Part shown: positions 36,989 through 50,305 of the stretch, one piece after another
How positions within the stretch are numbered: position 1 is the stretch's first letter
How the letters are laid out: every line of letters starts with the position of its first letter
Program-made: the position numbers and the translations under genes
Assembly (NCBI GenBank): GCA_963514005.1
Contig: OY740797.1
Coordinates: forward strand, 22,196,001-22,260,000
Length of the DNA stretch: 64,000 bases
Origin: Raja brachyura
Lineage: Eukaryota
Reading direction: 5' to 3'
The notes under the pieces: model-generated
Databases searched by the model: none
The model's input: the letters and a program-made list of their open reading frames with translations, nothing else
Told to the model about the DNA's origin: nothing

Positions 36989-37179
36989 AGCCGAAGGCAG
37001 ACATCGTCGCAACACCAAAGCACAACTCGGGTGAAGAGATGGTTGACAATGCGGACGATGCCACAGCGGACGAGCAGACAGAGGGGGACACGGTGGATGG
37101 AGGAGAGCTGGAAGATGAGATCCTTGAGGAGGGCGAAGGAGTGGAGGATGATTTTGATGAGGAAGGCACAGATGAGCTG
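36989..37179 (+). CDS. Coding exon of the same gene: acidic C-terminal region
   Basis: Acceptor ttttgcag|AG; donor CTG|gtaggt; phase 1 to phase 0. Encodes (E)PKADIVATPKHNSGEEMVDNADDATADEQTEGDTVDGGELEDEILEEGEGVEDDFDEEGTDEL; the end resembles RALYL ..EEDFDEDGGHEL. Confidence 0.87.
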
Positions 37180-38177
37180 GTAGGTGTAGCCTGAGGTGGT
37201 ACCCGTGTGGTGAAGGACACCCTTAGATTGATACTGGCACTCATCCTGTCACTGTGTAGTTACTATTCTGTTTTATTTATTCATTCTTGGCACCTGAATG
37301 TCAGTAAGTAGGCCAACATCTATTACTCTTCTGTACTCTTGCCTTAAACAGATGGATGGTGAGATGCCCTCTTGAACAGCCACAGTCCCTCTGATCAAGG
37401 TGCTCTCACGATGTCTAAGGGAAGGAGTTCTAGGAATTTGACCAAGACAGTGAATGACTGGCAATGCATTTTGCAGACAGGATGCTGTGTGATTGGAGGG
37501 GAACCAGCAGGTGGTCCCTTGCAACTCCTTCCATTGTCCTTGGTGGGAAAGGTCTCCAGTTTGGGAGGTGCCATTGTTGACAGAAGAGTATGTAGGTGCT
37601 GCCATAGGGAGTGACAAGCAATCTGCTGGAGCAACCTAATGGGTCAAGCAGCTTCTGTAGAAAGGGTGGGTGTAAGGAATAGTCCACATTTCGGATTGCA
37701 ACCCTGAATCGGGACTGAGAAAGGAGAGGGGAGGAAGCCAATTTAAAGAGGTGAGAGGGAATGTTGAGACAGGGACCAGCAGATGATAGTAAACAGTGGA
37801 GCGGTGAGGGATGACAGGCAAATGAGGCCAACTGGAGATGGGGACTGGAGCTCATACACAGAGGCAGGTGGATGACAGAGAGAACCAGGTAAGAGTGAAG
37901 GTGGAGCTAAAAGGATGATAAGTGAGAACACGATGGTTGTTGGTGCTGGAATCTGACATGTGAGGAAGGTGATCATGCTGCAGATGATGCCCCCTGCTGC
38001 CATTGTGCACTGGTGGTGAAGGCATTGGCTGTTGCCAATAATTACCTGTCTGAAAACAGAGGAAAGACTCCATAGATGGGTGGAGAATGGACTGTGTAGA
38101 AGTGGGGAGAGAGATGATTGCAAAAGGGGGACTGCATAGAGAATGAAGAGCAGCAGGGGATTGTATTGAAGGGTGGC

Positions 38178-38829
38178 AATAGACAATAGGTGCAGGAGTG
38201 GGCCATTCGGCCCTTCGAGCCAGCACCGCCATTCACTGTGATCATGGCTGATCATTCACAATCAGTACCCCGTTCCTGCCTTCTCCACATATTCCCTGAC
38301 TCCGCTATCTTTAAGAGCTCCAACTAACTCTCTCTTGAAAGCATCAGATAGCCTCCACTGTCTTCTGAGGCAGAGAATTCCACAAATTCACAACACTCTT
38401 GGTGAAATAGTTTTTCCTCATCTCCATTCTAAATGGCCTGCTCCTTATTCTTAAACTGTGGCCCCTGGTTCTGGACTCCCCCAACATCGGGAACATGTTT
38501 TCTGCCTCTAGCGATTCCAATCCCTTAATAATCTTATATGTTTCAATAAGATCCCCTCTCATCCTTCTAAATTCCAGTGTATACAAGCCCAGTTGCTCCT
38601 TTCTTTCAACATATGACAGTCCCGCCATCCCGGGAATTAACTTTGCGAACCTACGCTGCACTCCCGCAATAGCAAGAATGTCCTTCCTCAAATTTGGAGA
38701 CCAAAACTGCACACAATACTCCAGGTGTGGTCTCACTAGGGCCCTGTACAACTTTGCTCCTATACTCAACTCCTCTTGTTATGAAGGCCAACATGCCATT
38801 AGCTTTCTTCACTGCCTGCTGTACCTGCA
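38178..38829 (-). mobile_element. Young CR1-clade LINE 3' fragment
   Basis: ORF 38344-38769: LYRALVRPHLEYCVQFWSPNLRKDIL..FFT-like..VVNLWNSLP; the tail ends ctattgtctattg. Confidence 0.92.
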
Positions 38830-39992
38830 TGGAGTGGAGAGTGGATTGTACAGAGACTGGAGAGCGAGGGGACAGCATTGAAGGGTGGAGAGCGGACTAA
38901 TGGGGAGCAGTCCGGGGGTTGGGGGGGCTGTATTGAGGGGTGAAGAGTGGACTGGATAGGGACGTACTGCAGGATTGACTGCAAATTCATGTATTTCAAA
39001 TATTAAGAGAAGCTCAATAACCAATGTTCTTATGACAAAAGAAATCGAGAAGGAACAATGGTGTGGAAAACAAATGTCTTTAAATGTTTGTTTCTTTCTC
39101 ATAGTTCCTTCAGACTCGGGAACATTTGCTGATCAAATTCTCTATCATTTCCAAACGATAGGCTGCTTAACCCGAAGCTGATGCTCCCGGTTCATTTGCT
39201 AACAACCTTTCTATTGCTTACATCCGTGCCGAACATGCACACGCAGTTTCCCTGAATTGTTAGATGCAACCAGTTGCAATGGGGTGTCAATGCCCCCATT
39301 GTGGCTCACACACACACAATCAGTTCAGTTGAAGGAAGCTGCTGCGTGCAGAAGCTAGACGCCCAGATACGAGGAGCTGGGAGGGTTACGCTGACCAACA
39401 CTATATTATCTTGTTCATTTGGAACAGTTCCTGTAAGAAGCTATTAGGTGGGTTGTGCATGACATCATGTCACAGACAGCTGTTCTGGCAAACAGCTCTC
39501 GGCTCCCGTTGTTCCTGGCCATTATAGTGGAGGGTGAAATTGGCCATCGGATGCCTGTGTGGCTGAACGCATTTGTTCACAATTATAGCAAGTTGCCCTC
39601 ATCCCCAATAAAAACAGAAAAGGCTAGAAATGCTCATCACGTCAGGTGGCACTTGTGGAAGGAGAAATAAAGGTCGCATTTCGGCTTGGTGAAAACGCTT
39701 CCAACGATGAATCTTCAACTTGAAAAGTAAATTGTTTCACTTTCCACTGGTGCTACCATTTCCAGCATTTTCTGTTTCTGTTTCATATTTCCAGTCAAGC
39801 TAGTTTTTGATTTTTAATCACTGACCCCCATCTCCTGTCTTTGCATCCCCCTCCCTCCAAGCATTCAGAGGCATTAGGCTTTCAGAGTTGCCCTCAAGTG
39901 GGTTCCATCAATCTGCCATCCTTTGCATCCCCACCAACAATCTTTCCACTGACTGAACGTAATGTGTCAGCCTTGACACTGAATCAGAGACT

Positions 39993-40280
39993 TAGAAACA
40001 TAGAAAGATAGGTGCAGGAAGCCATTCGGCCCTTCGAGCCAGCACCGCCATTCAACATGAGTATGGCTGATCATCTAAAATCAGTACCCCGTTCCTGCTT
40101 TTTCCCCTCATCCCTTGATTCCTTTAGCCCTAGAGCTAATTCTAACTCTCTCCTGAAGACATCCAGTGAATTGGCCTCCACTGCCTTCTCTGGCATAGAA
40201 TTCCACAGATTCATAACTCTCTGAGTGAAAAGGTTTTTCCTCATCTCAGTCCTAAATGGCCGACCCATTCTTAAACTGTA
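39993..40280 (-). mobile_element. CR1-clade LINE 3' end
   Basis: GRPFRTEMRKNLFTQRVMNLWNS plus a TTTCTATG tail. Confidence 0.85.
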
Positions 40281-42061
40281 ACTTGAGTGTTCAGGTCCTG
40301 TGGAGTGCCCATACTTTGACCTGTATTCAGATTGACTGCTGCACTTCCTGCATTTTCACAGCGACTATATGCTGGCCATAAAGTCTTTTGCCGATTCCAA
40401 CGCACACAAGAATGTGCTGTATAAATTCCTTCTTCAATTCCTAGAGCCAGCCTCCAGTGAGTCAAGCATTCTGCATATTATTTATCATAATAAATGATAA
40501 ATTGGTAAATTGCTACATCCACCCCCCGTCAATATGAAGGCCAGCCAGGGGAGAACCTTGCTATAGATAGCAAGAGTCAGCATCAACTTGGGGCAAGTGC
40601 GGTGCGCACTATGTTACCAACTGCTTGCATCAATTTGCCCATCACAGAACCATTACTGAAACTCCCTCACTCTCTGGAGTGTCCGTTCATTCTCTGTCTC
40701 TATTACAGGGGAGCAAAGATAAGTGCTAGACGGGAGAGTACTGTGTGAGGGGTACATGGCATCCTCCCACTGTTGGGCTAATTTAAATCCTGCAAGACCA
40801 GTGGTAAATGATTACATGTTGAGCGCTGTGAACCAGTATGAGCACTGCATATCAGCCACGTTTAAAAGGTATTTACTAGTGGGCCCATCTCTGCCTGTGA
40901 TGGTTCTCCAGCGATTTAAATGTTAGGCCATAAGCTCCCTTGCATATAGACAGTTGAGTCTCGCAGCCCTGGGCTATTAAGCTGAGCTTTCATCATTAGA
41001 GCAATTTGAAGAGGAAATTGTTTTTCGTGGATGATGAGAAGTAGGGGACATAAAATATTGCATGAGCTAAATTTAAATATCTCGTTTTCCCTGAAGTGAG
41101 ACTCATTCTAATTGCTGTTTTATTTCTTTAGTCGATGTTTAAGTGTTATATTTAGCAAGTGCTTCACGTGCGGCTGCTAGTTTAGTCCGCTCCATCCCTG
41201 CGGGCACTGGTACATTCTGCAGGTGTCATTACCTCTCTAAAGCCTACACTCTGCAGGCCCTCAGCTTCTTGACCACCCCTTCCTCCACTCAGCAGGGCAG
41301 GGTCAGTAAGTGCCCTGTGGCAAGGGGCGGTCGTGAACAAAGACAGTGCCACCTGGCAGATCCCCTGGGTATTACTGGGCAAATCAGAGAGATTTGCTCA
41401 TTGGTTTCTTCTCGTTGCCATCCTGGCCAAGAATTCCCACTTGAACAAAGTGTCCGGTGGGGGGGGGGGGGGGCCATCACAATCAGGTGCCGTGCCTCTG
41501 GCTGAGAGAACGCACCCAGCGCCAGATGGGCAGGGAAACTCCTGATTGCCCTGGTGACATAGTGGGTAGTGCCACCACACCACAGTTGAACCAACCATGT
41601 TCGATCCTGGCCTCCATTGCTGTCTGGCTGAAGTTTGCACGTTCTCCCTGTGACTACATGGGCCTCCACCCCCAGGTTCATCTGCATTCCTCCCACGTCC
41701 CAAAGATGTGCCAGCTAGAAGGCGAATTGACCGGAGTAAATTGGCCCATGGTGTGAGTGGGTGACAGGATAATTGGGGAGAGCTGATGGGAGAGAATGAG
41801 GGACAGGGAAATAAATAATAGGATTGATGGGAATGCTCTCAGAGCCAGCAAAGACTTGATGGGCTGGATGGCCTTGTAAGTGGTAAGTAAAGAGTAGAAC
41901 TATATTCCACTTCCAAGTCACTTCCCCTGTCACATCAGCGTGGTGCGGTTTGAGGCAAAGCTCCAGATTTGGGCTCCAAGTGCATGTGTCCTTGCAGAGA
42001 CTTCCTGTGCATTAACTGTGCTTTTTCCCCCAATCCTCCCCTCGTCTTTTCTTTCTTCTAG

Positions 42062-42100
42062 ATGAATAACCATACTCCGGATACACCCGACACACAATAG
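42062..42100 (+). CDS. Probable last coding exon of the Raly-like gene (MNNHTPDTPDTQ*)
   Basis: Strong ~40-nt pyrimidine tract ending ctttcttctag at 42061. Phase 0 matches the 37179 donor. A short terminal peptide ends in TAG, like the short last coding exon of RALYL. Confidence 0.65.
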   Translation: MNNHTPDTPDTQ

Positions 42101-42739
42101 AAACAGACCTTGCGAGCAGCAGGGTTCAGGTTCGTTATTTTCCTGTAGCTGGTCTACATGCTAATTGAGGAGTGGTGAGGGGTGGGGGTGGGGGGGGGGG
42201 GGGGGGAGTGTACAACTTGAAGTTTCCTGCCTGTGGTCCCTGACCAGAGACCAATGGTGCAATCAGCATTGCTGTACATCGACAAGCCACCGACTACTGC
42301 TGGGAGCTTCCAGAAGCACGGTGAAGTACAATTTTCACTTAGTTGTTGCTTCAGCACCGATGCTGGAAACTGGGACGGCCTTGGTTCAGCACTCTCATGG
42401 CAAGGCCGGAGTTGCCTTGCCGAGACATCAATCGCAAGGTGCTGCTTACGTCAGTGTCAAGTGGCTGACAGCAGCTTCCTCGGCACCCCCCCTGCTCCTG
42501 CCCAGCCAGCAGAGCTTAGATTGTCAACAAGGTGGGCCCCTGAAACCGGCACAAGATGCCCGTAAGTCCTCCCCGTGGAGGTGGACAGCTGTCTGAGTTG
42601 CCAACATTGGAATGAGGAGTCAAAAACCAGAACATAGAGACAAAATGCTGGAGTAACTCAGTAACTGGAGTCACAGGCAGCATCTCTGGATGTCCCTCAA
42701 AACTAGGCTTCTCTCAGATGTAAACACCATAACACCAAT

Positions 42740-43047
42740 GGGTGGCGCAGCAGTAGAGTTGCTACCTTGCAGCGCCACAAACTCGGCTGTGATCCAGACT
42801 ACGGGCGCTTGTCTGTACAGAGTTTGTACGTTCGCCCCGTGACCGCATGGGTTTTCGCCGGGATTATTGGTTTCCTCCCACACTCCCAAGACGTATAGGT
42901 TTGTAGGTTAATTGGCTTGGTATAAATGTAAATTATCCCTGGTGTGTGTAGGATAGCATCAGAGTGCGGGGATCGCTGGTTAGCGCGGACTCGGTGGACC
43001 GAAGGACCTGTTTCATGCTGTATCTCTAAACTAAAACTAAACTAAAC
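42740..43047 (+). mobile_element. tRNA-derived HE1/V-SINE-type SINE, near full length
   Basis: GGTGGCGCAGCAGTAGAG A-box, degenerate B-box, V-domain gagtttgtacgttcgccccgtgacc..ggtttcctcccacac, CR1-like tail and (CTAAA)n end. Older copies lie at ~7325-7510, 10440-10745, 25290-25615, 32250-32430, 36290-36540, 41560-41880, 53160-53500, 57000-57235, 60370-60690 and 62480-62750. Confidence 0.85.
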
Positions 43048-43621
43048 ATTTATCCTTTTTCCAATTTCACTGCTCTCTGGGTGACAGTACTAGTACTTCT
43101 TTTACACTTTAACCCTTCCGAGTCAATTATTGCCTCCTTCTCCCACTCCTCCACCTACACCCCAACAATGTGGGTCTCTGGAACTCTCTGCCACAGAGGG
43201 TAGTTGAGGCCAGTTCATTGGCTATATTTAAGAGGGAGTTAGATGTGGCCCTTGTGGCTAAGGGGATCAGAGGGTATGGAGAGAAGACAGGTACAGGATA
43301 CTGAGTTGGATGATCAGCCATGATCATATTGAATGGTGGTGCAGGCTCGAAGGGCCGAATGGTCTACTCCTGCACCTAATTTCTATGTTTCTAATCTCTC
43401 TCCATCTAATGTGCTACTCCTGGCAGACCCCCCTCTCTCCTAAATCGCTGCCCTCTTTCTGACACAACCATTGCCCCCTCAATCCTACCGCAAGCATCTA
43501 TCTTCTGACCTCACCCAGGTGAAGATAAATACCCACAACTTAATGGAACGATCTCTGCCACTAATCCCCCAGGGGAAATTGTATTTGGGGGAACCCCTGA
43601 TGCTAACGATCCCGATGGTGC

Positions 43622-43623
<2 letters not shown>

Positions 43624-43664
<41 letters not shown>
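43624..43664. repeat. (GA)n microsatellite
   Basis: Directly visible. Confidence 0.95.
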
Positions 43665-46600
43665 CGTGTTGTACCAGTTCCTCCTCTGATGTTGAAGGCA
43701 AATGAGTGCCTGCGCAATACTGCAGAATTGAACGCTACTATATAAATCCAGCCGCCCTCTCCTTACAATGGTTGTGAGTGCCTGAATGGTCCTGCTGGTA
43801 GCTAATCGACGCACCTGGTGAGACACTGGAGACCTTGGAACACCAGCAAGGAGGTCTGTCACCTCAGGATAGTCACTTGCCGTGGGCTTTCACAGTTGAT
43901 GTCCCAGAGGCTGATTGTGGATTAATTGCTAAAGTCTGGCATGACCTCAGCAGGGGTGGGGGGAACGTTTTTCAGGTGTGATATACTGCATGGTGTTTCT
44001 ACTCTGTCCTAGTCTTGGCAGTGTTTAGTCTCAGGTCCTCACAAGCCCGGGTGGATCTATGGTTTATCTCACTGTCCTATGACCCTGCTTTAAGTCTGAT
44101 GGATAGAGTGATAGGGGAGTCATCACAGTTGGGTGGCCATGTTAGAGACTTGGAAAGTGAGTCTGTTGTCAGCTGGATATAGACCAACACAACAAACTCC
44201 ACACTCACTCAGTACGAATTGGCATCAGAGGCAGCTGGTGGGGAAATAAGAGCAGTGCAGTGGTGCAAGTGGTTACAAAGCTGTGTCTTCGGCAAGTAAG
44301 TGGACATTTACTCTGTATCTAAACCTTCTTCATCTATCCTGGAGTGTATGATGGAAGAGTGTAGAGGGGGCTTTCCCTGTATTTGACCTGTACTCCACAT
44401 GTCCCAGAGGTTTCAAATGGAGTTGCGTAGACAAAGCTTTATTGCACATGAAACTCATTTTGTGTTTATGCCGAGTGTTTAATGGAACAATATAGGGGAA
44501 GCCATATTTTGCATCATGTTGCACCTGCCCTGATGTTTGCAACAGGTTCCTAGACTAGCTTGAATGTAAGATTTTATAAAAAGCGGAAACCCTCAATGAT
44601 GTGAGCCTGGAACGTCTCGGAGACTCGCCACAACATACACCTTGCCCGCCATTCAATATCTGATCTTGGCCTCAGTCCCACTTTCCTGCCTGTTCTCCAG
44701 ATACCCCTATCGATCATGAATCTATCTATCTCCACCGTGAATATGTCATCCCCTCAGCTCTCTGGTGTAAAGAATCACAAAGATTCACAGCTCCCTGAGA
44801 GGGAAGATTCCTTTTCATCTCCATTTTAAATGGGTGACTCCTTTAATCTGAAGCCGTACACCCTTATATGATCCTCTCAATAGGATCTCAATATCAGCCT
44901 TTAGGATCAGATCCATTTCAATGGAATCACCTTCAATCCTTCCAAACTCCAATGAGTGTCGGCCCAACCTGCTCAATTATTCCTCATAAGACAATCCCTT
45001 CATCCAAGCAATCAATCCTGTGAGCCTGGTCTGGACCACTTCCTCAATTAAGTAGAGCTAAACTGTGTTCACTGCTCCAAATGTTGGTCTCACTAATATC
45101 CTATGTCAATGTAGCAGGAGCCACAGACCAAGAAAACAGTCCCTTTGATCCACGGTGAAGGTATGAAAAGGATAGAATTGGTGAAGGGAGTCATTGGGTG
45201 GAGCAAGAGATGGAAGGGCTGTTTGAATGGAATGATCAGAGGATTAGGAACCAAAAAAGGTGCAGATGCTCGAAACCTGAAAATAAAACAGCAACTGCCA
45301 CAAACACTCAGCAGGTCAGGCAGTGCGTGTGGAAAGAGGAACAGCGTGTTTCGGGTTAAAACGGGCTTCAGTGTGAGTATGTAGCTCCTTAATTAAAAAA
45401 TAATGGAATTGTTGAGTCCTCTTGGTGTGGTTTCAGTAACATCCTGTGCCATTACAGCAAAACGGCCATTTTTATATTGCATTCCCCTCACAGCATGGGC
45501 CGACATCAACTCATCGTCCTAAATCTTGCTGCTTTTTGCGTACTACAGGGGAGTTGCAGAGTGGGTTAACAATTGTTTCCATCTTTGACTCCCCTTGACT
45601 TCGACCTGAAATTTCATCTGTGCCACAGATGTTGCCTGACCGACCGGATTTTTCCAATGTTTTCTATTATGTCAGAGGGTTGGAACCTGGAGGGATAGGG
45701 GTCTCAATGCAGGCATTGCGGGGCAGTGGTGGGGAGGGGAGGGGAGGTGTTGGTGCAGGGCAGGAGAAAGCCAGGAGAACACAAGGTAGGTTAAGTTCCC
45801 GATAGCAAGCTGTGCTGGGAAGACCAGCAAGGGTCACTGCCTGGTCAGCTCAGTCCAGGTTCCCGACGGTGCTCCAGAAGGAATATTCAGCAGAGAGTGA
45901 CATCATTTCAGGAAACCCTGGAGCAGAATCAGATTAATCGCACACGGATAGCTCTTGCCCTGTCAGATTTATGGAGAGATGCACTTCATTCTCGAAATTG
46001 ATTTCCAATTGTACAGCTAAAATAAGCAGTGCCATGCAATTGAATTTCTCGATTGTTACATTTCGATGAATTTCACAAAATCTCCATGGAAATATAAGCT
46101 TTATGCACGATAAAACCAGGAATAAATCTGCTGAGCAAAAAAACTAAGTGTTGGGGGAGCTCAGTGCAGCATCTGTGGAGGGTAATGGACAGAAGATGTT
46201 TCAGGTTGGGAACTTTCTTCAGACTGATGGAGTGGGGGTGGTGGGATGCAAAGCTCTAAGAGAGAGGTGGGGTGGGGCAGACCCTGGCAAAAGATAGGTA
46301 GCTGCTGCTTGGTAGATGGATGGGGTAAGTGACAGAGACTGGAGATGAAAAAGGGACGAAAGGTTGTCAGATAAGCAAAACTTGCAGGAGGGGAATGGTA
46401 AGCCGGGGGGGGGGGGGGGGAATATGGGCAGAAGTGGACAAGAGGAGGGGAAAAGATAAAAAGGGAAATGGGAGGCCTGGGGTTGGAAAGAGTAGGAGAT
46501 GAGCATTCATTCATCGGTCATGAGTCTGTCCACAGATGTTAGTGGTGGTGAATCTGTGAAATTAATTGCCAAGTCATTGGGTATTTTTAAGGTGGAGATT

Positions 46601-47880
46601 GACAGATTCTTGATTAATGATGGTGTCAAGAGTTATGGGGAGAAGGCAGGAGAATGGGGTTGAGCGGGAAAGATAGATCAGCCACGATTGAATGGCGGAG
46701 TACTCGATGGGGCAAATGGCCTCCTATGACTTATGAACTTATGTTGCCTGAGGTCCCCCACCACTTCGATTTTTGCTAAAGATTCAACATCTGCGGTCAC
46801 TATGTCTGCATTCTCGTGCTTAATGCTGATGAAGAATGGCAAGGCTCCCTCCCTCCCTTCACCTGACCTCCATCTACATGATGGGACTGCGCTGAAATAA
46901 TTCTGGTGTGGAATTCCCTTTGCTTCCTGTGGTTCCCGATCTAATATGCAGGAGTAGCGAAGTGGCCAGGTTACTCGTCCTGCAGCAATGAAATAAATAA
47001 GCCAGCACCTCACCACTCCCCAGCTCTTTACTCTGACAGAACCACTCATTTGAAATTGGTTCACGTCTCAATTTAAGTAAATGCCATTTAGACCTATAAT
47101 TTTACTGCACAGAAACTGGCCCTTCGGCCCACCATGTCCATGCTGACCTTTTGGCAATCAACACAAATCTCATTTTCCCACATTAGGTCCGTATCCTTCT
47201 ATGCATTTGCTATTTATGCATCTGTCTTAAGTGCTTCTTTAACATAGTAATTGTATCTGAGGTTGAATTTATAGATATAGCTCTTAGGGCTAACAGGATC
47301 GGGGGATATGGGGAGACAGCAGGAACGAGGTACTAATTTTGGATGATCAGCCATGACAATATTGAATGGCGGTGCAAGCTCGAAGGGCCAAATGGCCTAC
47401 CTACACCTATTTTCCATGTTTCTATGTATCTAATTCTAACATTTCCTTTGGTGGTGCTTTCCAGATATCAACCACTTTGTATTTAAATAAATGCTTATCT
47501 CTCAGATCCTCTTTAAAACTCCTTCCATTAAACCGATGCCCTCCTCTTTTTGATGCACGTTTTTGTCAAGGGAAAAATATTCTATCCAATCATTACATAG
47601 AATATTTATGATCTATGCCTTTTATAATCCTATATATTTAAATCTGACTTTCCTTCAGTCTCCTTTGCTCCTCGGAAAACAAGTCCAGCTAATCCATTCT
47701 CTCCGCATAAATAAAATCTTCCAAACCGGGCAACATCCTGACCAATCTCCTTTTCACTATCTTCAACACAGTCATGCCCTTCCTACGGTCTGTAGTGCAG
47801 TGACCTGAACTGCTTACAGTAATCTGTGCAATCTACACAGTGCTTTGACATTTTTTTCTCTCCAGAGACTGGAGATGATA

Positions 47881-48722
47881 TTAGAAACATAGAAACATAG
47901 GAAATAGGTGCAGGAGAAGGCCATTTGGCCGTTATGATCATGGCTGATCATCCACAATCAGTAACCGTGCCTGCCTTCTACCCATATCCCTTGATTCCTT
48001 TAGCCCCTAGTGCTCTCTCTAACTCTCTTTTAAATTCATCCATTGAATTGGCTTCTGCGGCAGAGAATTCCACAAATTCACAACTCTCTGGGTGAAAAAG
48101 TTTTTTCTCATCTCTGTTTTAAATGGCCTCCCCTTTATTCTTAGATTGTGGCCCCTGGTCTTGGACTCCCCCAACATTGAGAACATTTTTCCTGCGTCTC
48201 GCTTGTCCAGACCTTTTACAATTTTATATGTTTCTACAAGATATCCTCTCATCATTCTAAATTCCAGTGAATACATGCCCAGTCTTTCCAATCTTTCCTC
48301 GTATGACCAGTCTCGCCATCCCGGGGATTAACCTCGTGAACCTATGCTGCACTGCCTCAATAGCAAGGATGTCCTTCCTCAAATTGGGAGACCAAAACTG
48401 CACACAATACTCCAGATGTGGCCTCACCAGAGCCCAATACAACTGCAGAAGAACCTCTTTACTCCTATAATCAAGTCCTCTTGTTGTGAAGGCCAACGTG
48501 TCCAAGTCACCCGGCGACCTCCTAGCATCCTCTTTGCAGTTCACACTGCCACCCAGCCTTGTGACATCTGCAAATTTGCTTGTGTTAATTTTAATCATTA
48601 ATATATATTGTAAATAGTTGCGGCCCCAGCACCGAGTCTTGCGGCACAGCACTCGCCACTGCCTGCCATTCTGACAGGGACCCGTTTATTCCTACTCTTT
48701 GTTTCCTGTCTGCCAAACAATT
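47881..48722 (-). mobile_element. CR1-clade LINE RT/3' fragment with an internal deletion
   Basis: SKFADVTRLGG, LYWALVRPHLEYCVQFWSP, FFTQRVVNLWNSLP; (TTTCTATG)n tail. Confidence 0.9.
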
Positions 48723-49320
48723 TAAGATTTAAGTTTCTCCAATTGGCCTTTATAGAGTAAGGCTTCAAATTGTTTATCTTGTAAAGGCATCAATATGTAA
48801 AGTGTGTTTTAAATTTAACAATGCATACGAATATTAATGATGCAATCCAAAATAAGTGTCTCTATTTTCCATCTCTGTATGATTGCTCAGATCCCTGTGG
48901 ACTTTGAATAAATGGTTTAGTGAATAGTGTTGAAAAGATAATAACGTTCTGTTTCCTGTAATACAATAGATGGAATATCACCAGCAAGATAAATTGCACC
49001 CTGCAATGATTCAGTGAGGGAGGCCTTGTGCTATGTTGTTTTGCCCTTCCTCCTCAGATAGCCTAAACCAAACTGCTAGAAGTGGCCTGTGGGACCATTT
49101 TAGTACAGTAAACAGGCGAAGAATAGGATGGGAGGAATGGTGGGGGGGGGGGGGGAAGAAAGGGGGGGGGGAGGAAGTGGGGGTTATACAAAGATTGCAA
49201 AGACTGGATTAGAAAAGGTTGAGTGAGTAGAGTAAGAGTCGTAAATATGTGCTGGAGGCACGTTAGTTGGAATGAGAGCCAAAGTAAACACTCCATACAA
49301 ATCCATGGAGTATTACCATA

Positions 49321-50305
49321 TAATAACCATATAACAATTACAGCACGGAAACAGGCCTTCTCGGCCCTTCCAGTCCGTGCCGACCATTTATTTTCCCATA
49401 GTCTCATCTACCTGTACTTAGACCATACGCCTCCATTCCCTTCCCGTCCATATACATATCCACTTTACTTTTAAATGTTAAAATCGATCCTGCCTCCACC
49501 ACTTCTGCAGGAAGATCATTCCATGCAGCCACCACTCTCTGAGTAAAGAAGTTCCCCCTCATGTTACCCCTAAACTTCTGTCCCTTAATTCTAATGTCAT
49601 GCCCTCTTGTTTGAATCTTCCCTACCCTCAATGGGAAAAGCTTATCCACGTCAACTCTGTCTATCCCTTTCATCATTTTAAAGACCTCAATCAAGTCCCC
49701 CCTTAACCTTCTGCGCTCCAAAGAATAAAGACCTAACTTGTTCAACCTTTCTCTGTAACTTAGTTGCTGGAACCCAGGCGACATTCTAGTAAATCTCCTC
49801 TGTACTCTCTCTATTTTGTTAACATCCTTCCTATAATTAGGCGACCAAAATTGTACACCCTACTCCAGAATTGGTCTCATCAATGCCTTGTGCAATTTTA
49901 ACATTACTTCCCTACTCCTATATTCAATGCTCTGATTTATAAAGGCCAGCACACCAAAAGCTTTCTTTATATACCCTATCTACATGCGATTCCACCTTCA
50001 GGGAACTATGCACTGTTATTCCTAGATCCCTCTGTTCCACAGCATTCCTCAATTCCCTACCATTTACCATGTACGTCCTATTTTGATTTGTCCTGCCAAG
50101 ATGTAGCACCTCACACTTATCAGCATTAAACTCCATCTGCCATCTTTCAGCCCACTCTTCCAAATGTCCCAAATCTCTCTGTAGACTTTGAAAATCTACT
50201 TCATTATCCACAGCACCACCTATCTTAGTATCATTCTCATACTTACTTATCCAATTTTCCACCCCATCATCTAGATCATTGATGTACATGACAAACAACA
50301 GTATT
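49321..50305 (-). mobile_element. CR1-clade LINE (different subfamily) RT/3' fragment
   Basis: LFVMYINDLDDGVENWISKYENDTKIGG..WQMEFNADKCEVLHLGR; SYRERLNKLGLYSLERRRLRGDLIEVFK; ATATGGTT tail. Confidence 0.92.

Noticed and set aside
42740-42815. tRNA gene
   Set aside because: It is the tRNA-derived head of a SINE; no intact cloverleaf, and it continues into the SINE body.
43739-43780. TATATAAA followed by ATGGTT|gtgagt, resembling a promoter and micro first exon
   Set aside because: The ATG lies at about the expected TSS, leaving no 5' UTR, and no compatible downstream exons were found.
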